Shown here: positions 1 to 9,269 of the stretch, piece by piece
How positions within the stretch are numbered: the stretch's first letter is position 1
Layout: the number at the start of each line of letters is the position of its first letter
Assembly (NCBI RefSeq): GCF_013177435.1
Contig: NZ_CP053627.1
Span: 1,950,001-1,982,000 of the forward strand
Origin: Xylella taiwanensis
GTDB lineage: Bacteria > Pseudomonadota > Gammaproteobacteria > Xanthomonadales > Xanthomonadaceae
Direction of reading: 5' to 3'
Length of the DNA: 32,000 nucleotides
Position numbers and translations under genes: made by a program
Notes under the pieces: model-generated
Databases searched by the model: none
Seen by the model: only the letters and a program-made list of their open reading frames with translations
What the model was told of the DNA's origin: nothing

Positions 1-191
1 GCGTGGATCGCTCCTCCCATCAAATGACCGATAGACGCATACACCATACGGTGACGGGCCAACGCTCCTTTACCACGAAAAGCCTCGCAAATCACCGTAG
101 CCTCGAAGTGAACGCCATCCTCACCATGCACATCAGCACGGGCCTGCGGCAAACCAGACTCAATCAGTTTACGAATAGTTTCAGCGTCCAA
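1..191 (-). CDS. ibaG: BolA/IbaG-family protein, partial (3' end lies beyond the window start)
   Basis: Not in the ORF track. My reverse-complement translation from TTG (191-189) gives MDAETIRKLIESGLPQARADVHGEDGVHFEATVICEAFRGKGALARHRMVYASIGHLMGGAIHA... This fits the BolA-family pattern (DG.HFE..V....F.GK..L.RHR.VY..LG..M.G.IHA). The frame is open to the window edge. Divergent to kdsD. Confidence 0.7.
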   Translation of the reverse strand, partial: MDAETIRKLIESGLPQARADVHGEDGVHFEATVICEAFRGKGALARHRMVYASIGHLMGGAIH

Positions 192-216
192 GAGACACGT
201 CTCTAAATCTAATAAA

Positions 217-1254
217 ATGGAGGTTCATTTTACTCCTGCACTGAACACATGTATGGACGTCTCCTCCCTCCAGCGCGATCACCTCAGCGACACAGCGCTG
301 ATCACCAGCGCCCGGCGCGTGATCGAGATTGAGCGTGATGCGCTGACGTTACTCAACGAACGGATCGGCGCACCCTTTGTAGCCGCATGCCGGCTGATTT
401 TGGGTTCGCACGGCCGTGTGATCAGCACTGGCATGGGCAAATCCGGACACATTGCGCGCAAGATCGCCGCTACCTTAGCCTCAACGGGTACACCCGCATT
501 CTTCGTGCATCCCGGTGAGGCTGGGCATGGTGACCTTGGCATGATCACTCACAACGACGTGATACTGGTGTTGTCCTACTCAGGCGAATCAGACGAAGTA
601 CGGATGCTGCTTCCAGTACTCAAACGCCAGGGCAATCCAATCATCGCGATGACCGGCCGCGTGCAATCGACACTGGCTCAGGTTGCCGATGTGCATCTGG
701 ATGTCAGCGTGACCACCGAAGCCTGCCCACTCGATCTGGCACCCACCTCCAGCACGACCACTTCGCTAGTGATCGGCGACGCACTCGCAGTCGCACTCCT
801 GGATGCACGCGGCTTTACTGCTGAAGATTTCGCCCGCTCGCACCCGGCTGGTCACCTGGGCCGACGCTTGCTACTGCACATTACCGACGTGATGCATAGC
901 GGCGATGACCTGCCAGCAGTGCATGAGGAGGCCACACTAAGCGAGGCATTACTCGAGATGAGTCGCAAGCGCCTGGGCATGACTGCGATCATTGACAACG
1001 AGGGCCGACTCCAGGGAGTGTTCACTGATGGCGACTTGCGCCGTGCACTGGACAGCGACATCGACGTGAGAAACGCACGCATCAACACCGTCATGACCCG
1101 CCATCCTAAAACGATCCACGCCGACCAGCTCGCTGCTGAAGCTGCACGATTGATGGAAGCCAATAAGATCAACGGTTTGATTGTGGTCGATGCGCAACAG
1201 CGTGCGGTCGGCGCGCTGAACATTCACGACCTACTGCACGCCAAAATCGTTTAA
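217..1254 (+). CDS. kdsD: Arabinose-5-phosphate isomerase (KdsD/KpsF; SIS plus tandem CBS domains)
   Basis: 345-aa ORF with SIS motif GMGKSGHIARKIAATLASTGTPAFF and a CBS-like C-terminal half (GMTAIIDNEGRLQGVFTDGDLRR, GLIVVDAQQRAVGALNIHDLL). It is the first gene of the conserved kdsD-kdsC-lptCAB-rpoN order. The start is uncertain: ATG 217 is only 25 nt from the divergent ibaG start, and in-frame ATG 253 (MDVSSLQ) is an alternative. Confidence 0.9.
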   Translation: MEVHFTPALNTCMDVSSLQRDHLSDTALITSARRVIEIERDALTLLNERIGAPFVAACRLILGSHGRVISTGMGKSGHIARKIAATLASTGTPAFFVHPGEAGHGDLGMITHNDVILVLSYSGESDEVRMLLPVLKRQGNPIIAMTGRVQSTLAQVADVHLDVSVTTEACPLDLAPTSSTTTSLVIGDALAVALLDARGFTAEDFARSHPAGHLGRRLLLHITDVMHSGDDLPAVHEEATLSEALLEMSRKRLGMTAIIDNEGRLQGVFTDGDLRRALDSDIDVRNARINTVMTRHPKTIHADQLAAEAARLMEANKINGLIVVDAQQRAVGALNIHDLLHAKIV

Positions 1255-1273
1255 TGCTCTAGAAAAAGTACCG

Positions 1274-1822
1274 ATGCCCTATTCTCCGCTGCATACCCTA
1301 CCCATCGCTCTGATTGAGCGTGCAAAACGCATCCGTTTAGCCTGCTTCGACGTGGACGGCACACTCACTGATGGGCGTCTGTACTACGACCAAGCCGGGC
1401 ATGAAAGTAAGGCGTTCCATGTGCTCGACGGCCAGGGTTTAAAGCAATTGGAACAATGTGGCATCCGCGTCGCTCTGATCACCGCACTGAATAGCTTGGC
1501 CGCTAAAAAGCGTGCCGCAGATCTGGGACTCCACATCCAGATCGGCGTGCAAGACAAACGTTTAGCGGTGCAGACGCTAGCGATGGAATCAGGGATCGGC
1601 ATGGATGCTGTGTTATTTATGGGCGATGATCTGGCCGATTTACCGGCCCTACTCGCCGTCGGTCTGCCGGTGGCCCCGGCTAACGCCCACCCGTGGATCA
1701 CAGAGCGGGTCACTTGGCACACATGCGCCCGGGGTGGCGAGGGAGCCGCACGGGAAGTCTGCGATGTACTCCTGGCAGCACAAGACAAAGTCGACGCCCT
1801 ACTGCGAAAATTCGTGCGATGA
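1274..1822 (+). CDS. kdsC: 3-deoxy-D-manno-octulosonate 8-phosphate phosphatase (HAD-IIIA)
   Basis: 182-aa ORF with HAD motif I FDVDGTLTDG and a late GDDLADLP motif. It sits between kdsD and lptC. Confidence 0.9.
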   Translation: MPYSPLHTLPIALIERAKRIRLACFDVDGTLTDGRLYYDQAGHESKAFHVLDGQGLKQLEQCGIRVALITALNSLAAKKRAADLGLHIQIGVQDKRLAVQTLAMESGIGMDAVLFMGDDLADLPALLAVGLPVAPANAHPWITERVTWHTCARGGEGAAREVCDVLLAAQDKVDALLRKFVR

Positions 1823-2388
1823 GTTGGCGCAGCATTCTCAACATCATGCTATTGATCGCTGCGATTGTCAGCGGCTGGTCAGCTTGGCATCAACGCAAAC
1901 ACATGCAAGCCACGCCACCACAGGACATCACAACTGACTACACACTCCACGATTTTAAAATGGTCGCTCTGGATAAACAGACTGGCAAAGAATCGCTAAC
2001 CCTGCACGCGCCGCAAATGCAACACAATCACACCGACAGTACTGCCGAGGTGACCACCCCGCTCTTCATGATCCCCGACAAGTCCGGGCAACACTGGACG
2101 TTGCATGCACAAACAGGCTGGCTCAACAAAGATGGAACACTGCTACGGCTTCGCGAGGACGTCAAAGGCGACAGCCCAACTGACCCAGGACAGGTTCCAA
2201 CCACGTTCCGTACCCAAAGCCTGGACGTCTACCCAAACCATCGCTTGGCAAAGACGGCCGATACAGTAACGATCACCCATCAGGGTATCATTCAGACCGG
2301 CGTTGGGTTCGAAGTAAATACACAGACCCAGCAGTACAAGCTCCTTTCTAAGGTCAACACCCGTTATGAACCGAGCGCCGCTCGTTAA
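1819..2388 (+). CDS. lptC: LPS export system protein LptC
   Basis: The track ORF 1693..2388 overlaps kdsC. I place the start at ATG 1819, an ATGA overlap with the kdsC stop. This gives MSWRSILNIMLLIAAIVSGWSAW, a single N-terminal membrane anchor, and 189 aa. Synteny kdsC-lptC-lptA-lptB supports the call. Confidence 0.8.
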   Translation: MSWRSILNIMLLIAAIVSGWSAWHQRKHMQATPPQDITTDYTLHDFKMVALDKQTGKESLTLHAPQMQHNHTDSTAEVTTPLFMIPDKSGQHWTLHAQTGWLNKDGTLLRLREDVKGDSPTDPGQVPTTFRTQSLDVYPNHRLAKTADTVTITHQGIIQTGVGFEVNTQTQQYKLLSKVNTRYEPSAAR

Positions 2389-2899
2389 CTTGTTCCTGTT
2401 CCCACTGCTGTTTGCACCGTTCTCCGTAGCAACTAAAACCAGCGACCGCAACCAACCGATGACAATCGACTCTGCTGCACAAGAAGGCAGCATGCTCGGT
2501 GCTAATGGTAAGGCGCACTACTCAGGGAACGTCGTGATCCAACAAGGCACCCTTGAGGCCCATGCCGACACCGCTGATATATTTCTCAAAAACGGGGACA
2601 TGGACCGTATCCTACTCATCGGCAAACAAGCCAGCCTCAAGCAAGAGATGGATGACGGCTCGACAGTACATGGCCAAGCCGACAATATCGATTACAAGAT
2701 CAAAGAGGGCATTGTCATCCTCACCGGCAACTATAAAGTCGAGTCGCCTAAGGGCAATAACACTGGCCAGCGCATGATCTACAACACCCAAACAGGTGAC
2801 ATGCGAAGTGGTAACGACGGTACCCGCGTGCGCACCACGATCCAACCGAAGAACGTCACACAAGGCACCCTGCCTGCCGCCAAGCAGGAGAAAATATAA
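2366..2899 (+). CDS. lptA: LPS transport periplasmic protein LptA (OstA-like)
   Basis: 177 aa with signal peptide [22 protein letters not shown] and a beta-rich OstA-like body. It overlaps lptC by 23 nt and joins lptB at a TAATG junction. Confidence 0.85.
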   Translation: MNRAPLVNLFLFPLLFAPFSVATKTSDRNQPMTIDSAAQEGSMLGANGKAHYSGNVVIQQGTLEAHADTADIFLKNGDMDRILLIGKQASLKQEMDDGSTVHGQADNIDYKIKEGIVILTGNYKVESPKGNNTGQRMIYNTQTGDMRSGNDGTRVRTTIQPKNVTQGTLPAAKQEKI

Positions 2900-3621
2900 T
2901 GCTTGTCGCCAGCGGCCTGCGTAAGCGCTATAAGCACCGTGAGGTCGTGCGTGAGTTCGGACTAACGCTCCAAGCTGGTGAAGTCGTAGGTCTGCTCGGT
3001 CCCAATGGCGCTGGTAAAACGACCTGCTTCTACATGATCGTCGGCCTGGTGAACGCCGATGCCGGCCGCATCGAATTGGACGGACGCGACATCACTGCTG
3101 AGCCGATGCACGCGCGTGCACGGCTGGGCGTCGGCTACCTCCCGCAAGAACCATCCGTGTTTCGTAAATTGACCGTCACCGACAACATCCGCCTCGTGCT
3201 GGAATTACGTCAGGACTTGAAAACCAACCAAGCGCGTCAGCAGGAATTAGACTCACTACTCAACGAACTCCAGATCTCCCATGTGGCCAACCAGCTCGGT
3301 GCCAGCCTGTCCGGCGGGGAGCGACGCCGCTGTGAGATCGCTCGTGCCCTCGCCGCACAACCGCGCATGATGCTGCTGGACGAACCGTTCGCAGGTGTGG
3401 ATCCGATCTCAGTCGGTGAGATCCAACGCATCATTACCCATCTTAAGGAACGCGGTATTGGCGTGCTGATTACCGACCATAATGTCCGTGAAACCTTGGG
3501 GATCTGCAACCGCGCCTACATTCTCGCCGAGGGTGGCGTGCTCGCGCAGGGAACGCCAGACGCACTGTTGACTAATCCGGATGTACGCCGCGTGTACCTT
3601 GGAGAGACTTTTCACCTCTGA
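2899..3621 (+). CDS. lptB: LPS export ABC transporter ATP-binding protein LptB
   Basis: 240 aa with Walker [13 protein letters not shown] signature LSGGERRR and Walker [13 protein letters not shown]. It lies immediately upstream of rpoN, as in proteobacteria generally. Confidence 0.93.
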   Translation: MLVASGLRKRYKHREVVREFGLTLQAGEVVGLLGPNGAGKTTCFYMIVGLVNADAGRIELDGRDITAEPMHARARLGVGYLPQEPSVFRKLTVTDNIRLVLELRQDLKTNQARQQELDSLLNELQISHVANQLGASLSGGERRRCEIARALAAQPRMMLLDEPFAGVDPISVGEIQRIITHLKERGIGVLITDHNVRETLGICNRAYILAEGGVLAQGTPDALLTNPDVRRVYLGETFHL

Positions 3622-3661
3622 TCGGCATGCAACGCTGATTATAGTTAGTATTACTAACGAT

Positions 3662-5044
3662 ATGACATTGAAAGCAACGCTGCGAACATCCATGGGACAA
3701 CAGCTGGTCATGACACCCCAGCTACACCAAGCCATACGCCTGTTGCAAATGTCAAGCACCGAATTGGAACTGGAAATTACGGCTGCGATAGAGAGCAATC
3801 CACTGCTGGACTGGGCCGAGAACCAATCACCGGAGACCAAGCCAGACGCTGAAACTGAAACTGAAGACTGGCATGCCAAGGAATCAACCTGGAATATCAA
3901 CGGCAGCAAAGACAACGGGAATGACGACGACAACCCTATTGAGCGTCTAGCCGCCGGGAATAGTCTGACTGATCACCTGATGTGGCAACTGCACCTATCC
4001 CCACTATCGGCACGTGATTATCAAATAGGTACCACCTTGATTGATGCGTTGGAAGAAGACGGTTACCTGCGTGAACCTCTTTCCACGGTCGCTTCGACCC
4101 TAGCCCCGTTATCTGTGGATGAAACCGAACTGCTACCAGTATTACGATATATTCAATCCTTCGACCCGACGGGCGTGGCTGCACGCTCCCTGGGCGAGTG
4201 TTTGGCGCTGCAGCTAAAATCATTGAAAAAGGAGGTACCCGGACACACACTTGCACTTCAAATTGTCGAGAGCCCACTGCTACAACAATTGCCGCGCAGC
4301 GGTGTAGCCGGGCTGGCACGCGAGTTAAAACTGCCTTCACAAGAAGTCGAACAAGCAGTGCAATTGATCCGTAGATTGGACCCCCGCCCAGGCAAGAAAA
4401 TTGGTGACTTGGAAGTCGGCACCTACATTATTCCGGACTGCGTGATCTGGCGCCAACGTGGACTCTGGCACGCCGCTCTGTCAGAACGTGCACTACCACA
4501 AGTGGTCATCCACCACGGCTACGAGCAGCTCATCAACCGCTGTGATGGCGCCAATGCTGGCTACCTGCGCAGCCAACTGCAACAAGCCCGTTGGCTGCTC
4601 AAGAGTCTAGAGGCACGAGGTGCAACCTTGTTAAAAGTGGTCAACAGCTTGCTACGTCACCAAACAGGGTTTTTGGAATTCGGTGAACAAGCGTTACGTC
4701 CACTGACTATCCGCGAATTAGCCATCGAACTTGGCCTGCACGAGTCCACGGTATCCCGTGCGATTGCCGGCAAATATGTACGCACCCCACGCGGTACCTT
4801 ACCACTACGCGCGTTCTTCGCTTCGGGAATCGGGACCCACAGCGGTGAAGAGACCTCCAACTGTGCCATTCAAGCAATGATCAGACGTCTGATTGAAACT
4901 GAAAACCCCCGTAAACCGCTGTCTGACGCCAAGCTGGCTGAACTGCTGAAGACCTCTGGTATTTCAGTGGCGCGGCGCACCATAGCGAAGTATCGTGATG
5001 CCATGAACATCTCCGCATCTCACGAACGCGTCCGGGTCCTCTGA
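3662..5044 (+). CDS. rpoN: RNA polymerase sigma-54 factor
   Basis: The track ORF starts at 3581 inside lptB. ATG 3662 gives MTLKATLRTSMGQQLVMTPQLHQAIRLLQMSSTELELEI (region I). An acidic region II follows, and the RpoN box ARRTIAKYR lies near the C-terminus. 460 aa. Confidence 0.93.
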   Translation: MTLKATLRTSMGQQLVMTPQLHQAIRLLQMSSTELELEITAAIESNPLLDWAENQSPETKPDAETETEDWHAKESTWNINGSKDNGNDDDNPIERLAAGNSLTDHLMWQLHLSPLSARDYQIGTTLIDALEEDGYLREPLSTVASTLAPLSVDETELLPVLRYIQSFDPTGVAARSLGECLALQLKSLKKEVPGHTLALQIVESPLLQQLPRSGVAGLARELKLPSQEVEQAVQLIRRLDPRPGKKIGDLEVGTYIIPDCVIWRQRGLWHAALSERALPQVVIHHGYEQLINRCDGANAGYLRSQLQQARWLLKSLEARGATLLKVVNSLLRHQTGFLEFGEQALRPLTIRELAIELGLHESTVSRAIAGKYVRTPRGTLPLRAFFASGIGTHSGEETSNCAIQAMIRRLIETENPRKPLSDAKLAELLKTSGISVARRTIAKYRDAMNISASHERVRVL

Positions 5045-5149
5045 TCCGTCTATCATCGGCGTCGCAACGCCAGACAGGTGGATCAAGCAAGCGGGCGCTT
5101 CCTTAGGAGCGGAATGATTGATTGACCCAAGAACCAAGGGAGGTATCCG

Positions 5150-5467
5150 ATGCACATCGAAACTTATGGGCAGCAGATCGAAGTCACTCCTGCGCTGCAG
5201 GGGTATCTGGAAACTAAGCTAAAGCGCCTCCAACGCCACTTCAACCACCACTGCGAAGTCCGCGCCCAACTGGGCATGCGCAAACTCGACCATCATGTTA
5301 TCGCTACAATCAATATCCCAGGCCGTACTCTGAATGCCAACGCCAGCGCATCAACCATGTACGCAGCCATCGATCTGGTCGCCGACAAACTCGATCGATT
5401 GATACTCAAACACAAGGAAAAAAAATGCGACCACCATGCAAGGGAGGTACGCGATCATCCAGAATGA
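5150..5467 (+). CDS. hpf: Ribosome hibernation promoting factor / sigma-54 modulation protein (short HPF type)
   Basis: 105 aa, MHIETYGQQIEVTPALQGYLETKLKRLQRHF...AAIDLVADKLDRLILKHKEK. SD-like GGGAGG lies 6 nt upstream. Canonical position downstream of rpoN. Confidence 0.88.
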   Translation: MHIETYGQQIEVTPALQGYLETKLKRLQRHFNHHCEVRAQLGMRKLDHHVIATINIPGRTLNANASASTMYAAIDLVADKLDRLILKHKEKKCDHHAREVRDHPE

Positions 5468-5765
5468 TTGTCGCCTGCATTTTTCCATGCTCCTGATCGA
5501 TCTGACGGTAACAGCGCTCCCCAAGGTATCCGCATGGCTGACCGTGAAAGCGTACTGACCGTAGCCTGCACGAGCTCAAATGATTCAGCAACGCAACATC
5601 ACAGCCGCACATGCATCGCGCCATGCGCAAGTTGCCATAAGACCGTCAAACAAGCAGGTAATAGCGCTGCTGCGTTGGCCCCATCAATAGTAGACTTTAC
5701 TATCCAACGCAGCGGCTGAAATGCTACGCCCCTGCTGCGCTATACCGATCCTGTAAAAACAAAAG
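5468..5765 (+). pseudogene. ptsN: Probable decayed remnant of ptsN (PTS-Ntr EIIA)
   Basis: This 300-nt gap sits exactly where ptsN lies in rpoN-hpf-ptsN-hprK-rapZ clusters. PtsN-like fragments are scattered over all three + frames and broken by stops: LLIDLTVTALP (N-terminus-like), DRESVL, ITAAHASRHAQVAIRPS (compare the GHGVAIPHGR active-site region), and AAALAPSIVDF (compare A.LRL..PIDF). The gap is also about 150 nt too short for an intact ptsN. The similarity is judged from memory, not from an alignment. Confidence 0.4.
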
Positions 5766-5769
5766 CTGA

Positions 5770-6720
5770 ATGAATACCAGCATCACCGCCCGCGAGCTAT
5801 TCGACCTGCAACGCGACCGCCTTTCCCTACGCTGGATTGCGGGACAACAGGGTGAGCACCGCCAGATTGATGCCGGCGATACCCGCGCACGACGTCCCTC
5901 TCTAGCCGGTTACCTTAATACGATCTACCCTAACAAAGTGCAGATCCTCGGTACCGAAGAACTGACTTGGTTGGACTCTCTGGAAGCAAGCCAACGTAAA
6001 GAAACCATTGAAAAGATCATCCAATTCCAACCGCTGGCGCTGGTGATCAGCAAAAACCAATCCTGTCCGGAAGACATGCGCACCACCGCAGACAGCAGCC
6101 AGATCCCCTTATGGGCCTCTCCCAAGCGGGGCCACGAACTTCTCAACCACCTTTCCTACCACCTCGCACGCACACTAGCGCCACGCGCCACGCTACACGG
6201 GGTGTTCATGGAGATCTACTCAATTGGTGTGCTCATCACTGGAGAAGCCGGCTCAGGCAAGAGCGAGCTGGCGCTGGAGCTCCTCAGTCGTGGTCATCGT
6301 CTCGTTGCTGACGATGCTCCAGAATTCACCCAAATCGCTCCGGACGTGCTCGACGGTACCTGCCCTGAAGTGCTGCAAGACTTACTGGAGGTGCGCGGCC
6401 TGGGCGTATTGAACATACGCCACATGTTCGGCGATACCGCGATAAAGAAGAACAAATATCTACGCCTGATCGTGCACTTAACCAAGCCAATGACCGAACA
6501 CACACCTTCCGGGTACGAACGCCTGACTGGGGATTCCGGCACACGCCACGTACTAGATTTAGATGTCCCATTAATTACTTTGCCAGTGATGCCTGGTCGC
6601 AATCTCGCAGTGTTGACGGAAGCAGCCACGCGCCTGCACATTCTACGTACCAAGGGCATCGACCCAGCAGCAATGTTTATCGCCCGCCACAGCAACTTGC
6701 TAGAACGGCGTCCCCCATGA
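5770..6720 (+). CDS. hprK: HPr kinase/phosphorylase
   Basis: 316 aa with P-loop [30 protein letters not shown] and a typical HprK C-terminal catalytic domain. Synteny with rapZ. Confidence 0.92.
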   Translation: MNTSITARELFDLQRDRLSLRWIAGQQGEHRQIDAGDTRARRPSLAGYLNTIYPNKVQILGTEELTWLDSLEASQRKETIEKIIQFQPLALVISKNQSCPEDMRTTADSSQIPLWASPKRGHELLNHLSYHLARTLAPRATLHGVFMEIYSIGVLITGEAGSGKSELALELLSRGHRLVADDAPEFTQIAPDVLDGTCPEVLQDLLEVRGLGVLNIRHMFGDTAIKKNKYLRLIVHLTKPMTEHTPSGYERLTGDSGTRHVLDLDVPLITLPVMPGRNLAVLTEAATRLHILRTKGIDPAAMFIARHSNLLERRPP

Positions 6721-7589
6721 AACCACCAGGACACAGCCTGATTATCATCAGCGGCCTATCTGGCTCTGGTAAATCCGTCGCTCTAAAAACCTTTGAGGAT
6801 CTTGATTACTACTGCTCGGACAATCTACCGGTAGAACTGATACCACACTTCTTGCGCTGTCGCCTTCGCGTTGCCGAACTGAGCGATCAACGCATCGCGA
6901 TAGGCATTGACATACGCAGCGGCAGTAATCTCTCCGAACTAGACCAATGGCGCCACACAACCAGGCAGCACAGCATCAAAGCACACCTGCTGTTCTTCGA
7001 CGCCAGCGACGAAGCTTTGCTCAAACGATACGCCGATACTCGCCGCCGCCATCCGCTCAGCCATTTAGGTCTATCGCTACCAGAAGCAATTGCGCTGGAA
7101 CGCAAGTTGACCGCACCACTGCGCGAGGCTGCCGACGCAGTCATCGACACCAGCACACTCAACGTGCACCAATTACGCCGGCACTTAGTCACTGAATTCG
7201 CACTAGCACACAGCGACAAACTGTCGCTGTTATTCGAATCATTCGCATACAAACGCGGGGTGCCAGCAGAAGCAGACTTCGTATTCGACGCACGCATACT
7301 ACCGAATCCACATTGGGAACCAAATCTACGCCCGCTCACCGGGCGTGATAGCAGCGTACGCGACTACATGGAACAACAACAAGAAGTGACCCTCTACCTG
7401 ACACAGGTCACTGAATTTCTTGACACTTGGCTGCCCCGACTGCATAACAACACGCGAAGCTACGTCACCGTAGCGTTCGGCTGCACCGGTGGCAAACACC
7501 GTTCGGTATACCTGGCCGAGCAAATGGCCAGACACGCACGCGAAAAGGGGTGGCCCGAAGTAACCATTTTTCACCGCGAGCTGGAGTAA
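6717..7589 (+). CDS. rapZ: RNase adapter protein RapZ (YhbJ family P-loop NTPase)
   Basis: 290 aa with N-terminal P-loop GLSGSGKS and C-terminal [11 protein letters not shown] motif. ATGA overlap with the hprK stop. Confidence 0.92.
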   Translation: MKPPGHSLIIISGLSGSGKSVALKTFEDLDYYCSDNLPVELIPHFLRCRLRVAELSDQRIAIGIDIRSGSNLSELDQWRHTTRQHSIKAHLLFFDASDEALLKRYADTRRRHPLSHLGLSLPEAIALERKLTAPLREAADAVIDTSTLNVHQLRRHLVTEFALAHSDKLSLLFESFAYKRGVPAEADFVFDARILPNPHWEPNLRPLTGRDSSVRDYMEQQQEVTLYLTQVTEFLDTWLPRLHNNTRSYVTVAFGCTGGKHRSVYLAEQMARHAREKGWPEVTIFHRELE

Positions 7590-8574
7590 CCTTAAATTCT
7601 CCCACACGAAACGCATCTTTAAAGACGAGTAAAGATGCAAAGAGATGCTTTCCAGGCATCAAGAGCCTTCTAGATTCATCTCTGTATCCGCAAGGCACCG
7701 TTCGCATGCATGACCACATCCACTCCTACACGATATTGTTCTACCGCATCGTCTAATAGTGCAACATCAATAATATGCACTCGCCACACACACTGGAAGA
7801 CACACTCATGACCTAACGAGCTTCATCACCCAGCTCACTCGGAGTGCCCACACAACATTGCTCGCCAAGATGGCTCAGCTATTACCCAAAGTCCGCGAAG
7901 TACTGGAACATCTATGCTGTGCATCCTGAAGCAGTGGCCGCTCCAAGAGTCAGGTGGCGAATGCGTTCAATCTGTGCTTCATGGAGAAAATGTGCGCATC
8001 GTCCGATGCTCAAACAACATTCCAGTACAACACTCTATTAAGGAAAATCCCTCAAAGTATTTCAGCACCCCTGAAAATAATACACATGAAACTGACTGTT
8101 TCGCCCACCAGTCCATCTCACATAACCCCTGCGACGAAATCAAGAAAATGGCCTAACACATCCTCCAGAAATGCCCCTTCTCCTGGACAGCTTTCCCCCA
8201 CCATCCCCGACAGGATCAAACCTCCCATTCGATATTTCTGAGCAGCACTAACGAGCACATGCGATTATGCATATTGAAGCAACAGGTACCGTGTTGCTAA
8301 ACATCAAGCATCAAGATAGTGAAAACAACGAAACACCAGCACCCTAAGAAGTTTTGCGGTCGTTCATCATCACGGCCACATAGCGTGGAAAGTTCGTTCC
8401 ATACGCAGCGGCACTCGACTCAAAACACTATGACAACAGCACCAAACACTTTCCAACCTAAGCATGTGCAATCCCTGCCTGTACCATATACACCCGAAAC
8501 AACCCCGCACACACATCGGCGCATACGCCACCAACGCCTATGGTCAAGCAACACCGCCCTGTTAACGTTCCCCT

Positions 8575-8967
8575 ATGGCCTGTGGCATTCTTTTAATCAC
8601 TCATCCCGGCATCGGCCACGCCTTGTTACGTGTGGCTACCGCATTATTACAACAGTTACCTCTCAAAACCGAAGCGTTCGAAGTGCCGCTAGATGCTGAC
8701 CTGGATACGTTGCTGCCACAAGCATCGGCAGCGATGCATCGAGTCAACGACGGCGAGGGTGTGTTAGTGATGACCGACCTGTATGGCGCCAGTCCGAGCA
8801 ACCTCGCACACCGCCTAGCACAGCTAGACACACCCGTGCGTCGGATCTCAGCACTGAGCCTGCCGATGCTGCTACGCGTGATGAACCACCCAGAACAGAG
8901 CCTACAAGACCTGCCCGCCACAGCAGCAGCCGCAACCCGGAACGGAGCAATCATTGACGATGCTTGA
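8575..8967 (+). CDS. PTS EIIA component, mannose/fructose (EIIA-Man) family
   Basis: 130 aa. MACGILLITHPGIGHAL places His at residue 10, the phospho-acceptor position in EIIA-Man. A later GVLVMTDLYGASPSN motif is present. It overlaps the HPr gene start. Confidence 0.85.
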   Translation: MACGILLITHPGIGHALLRVATALLQQLPLKTEAFEVPLDADLDTLLPQASAAMHRVNDGEGVLVMTDLYGASPSNLAHRLAQLDTPVRRISALSLPMLLRVMNHPEQSLQDLPATAAAATRNGAIIDDA

Positions 8968-9229
8968 ACACGAACTAATCGTACCCAACAAACTAGGGCT
9001 CCACGCCCGAGCCACAGCCAAACTGGTACAAACAATGTCGCACTTTCAGAGCAACGCGACATTGTCGACGAAAGGACGCGAGGTCAACGCCAAAAGCATC
9101 ATGGGGGTCATGCTGCTCGCCGCCAGCCAAGGCACTGTGATACGGGTAAGGATCGACGGTGAAGATGAACATGCAGCAATGCAAGCGCTGATAGAACTGT
9201 TCGAAAACCGCTTCAACGAGGACAGATAA
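8960..9229 (+). CDS. ptsH: Phosphocarrier protein HPr/NPr
   Basis: The track ORF begins at TTG 8954. ATG 8960 gives MLEHELIVPNKLGLHARATAKLV. This puts His at residue 15 and Ser at residue 46 (NAKSIMGVM), the canonical EI and HprK target sites. 89 aa. Confidence 0.9.
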   Translation: MLEHELIVPNKLGLHARATAKLVQTMSHFQSNATLSTKGREVNAKSIMGVMLLAASQGTVIRVRIDGEDEHAAMQALIELFENRFNEDR

Positions 9230-9269
9230 ACATGCTCGGCTCAGTCCATCACACACACTGGATACACAG

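Noticed and set aside
3-206. 67-aa + strand ORF at the window start
   Set aside because: It is the antisense shadow of the clearly BolA/IbaG-like minus-strand reading frame. Its sequence has no protein-like features.
1715-1730. Sigma-54 promoter-like TGGCAC hits (also antisense at 13339-13354, TGGCACAGAAATGCAG)
   Set aside because: The GG-to-GC spacing or the -12 element is wrong, and both lie inside coding regions.
1693-1818. N-terminal extension of the lptC track ORF (and similarly 3581-3661 for rpoN, 31311-31391 for cyoD, 21013-21144 for the barrel gene)
   Set aside because: The extensions overlap the preceding gene or lack signal or anchor features. Internal ATGs give canonical N-termini and stop/start junctions.
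5468-5719. 83-aa ORF as a genuine protein between hpf and hprK
   Set aside because: Its sequence is not PtsN-like as a whole and has no other family resemblance. It is better explained as one frame of a decayed ptsN.
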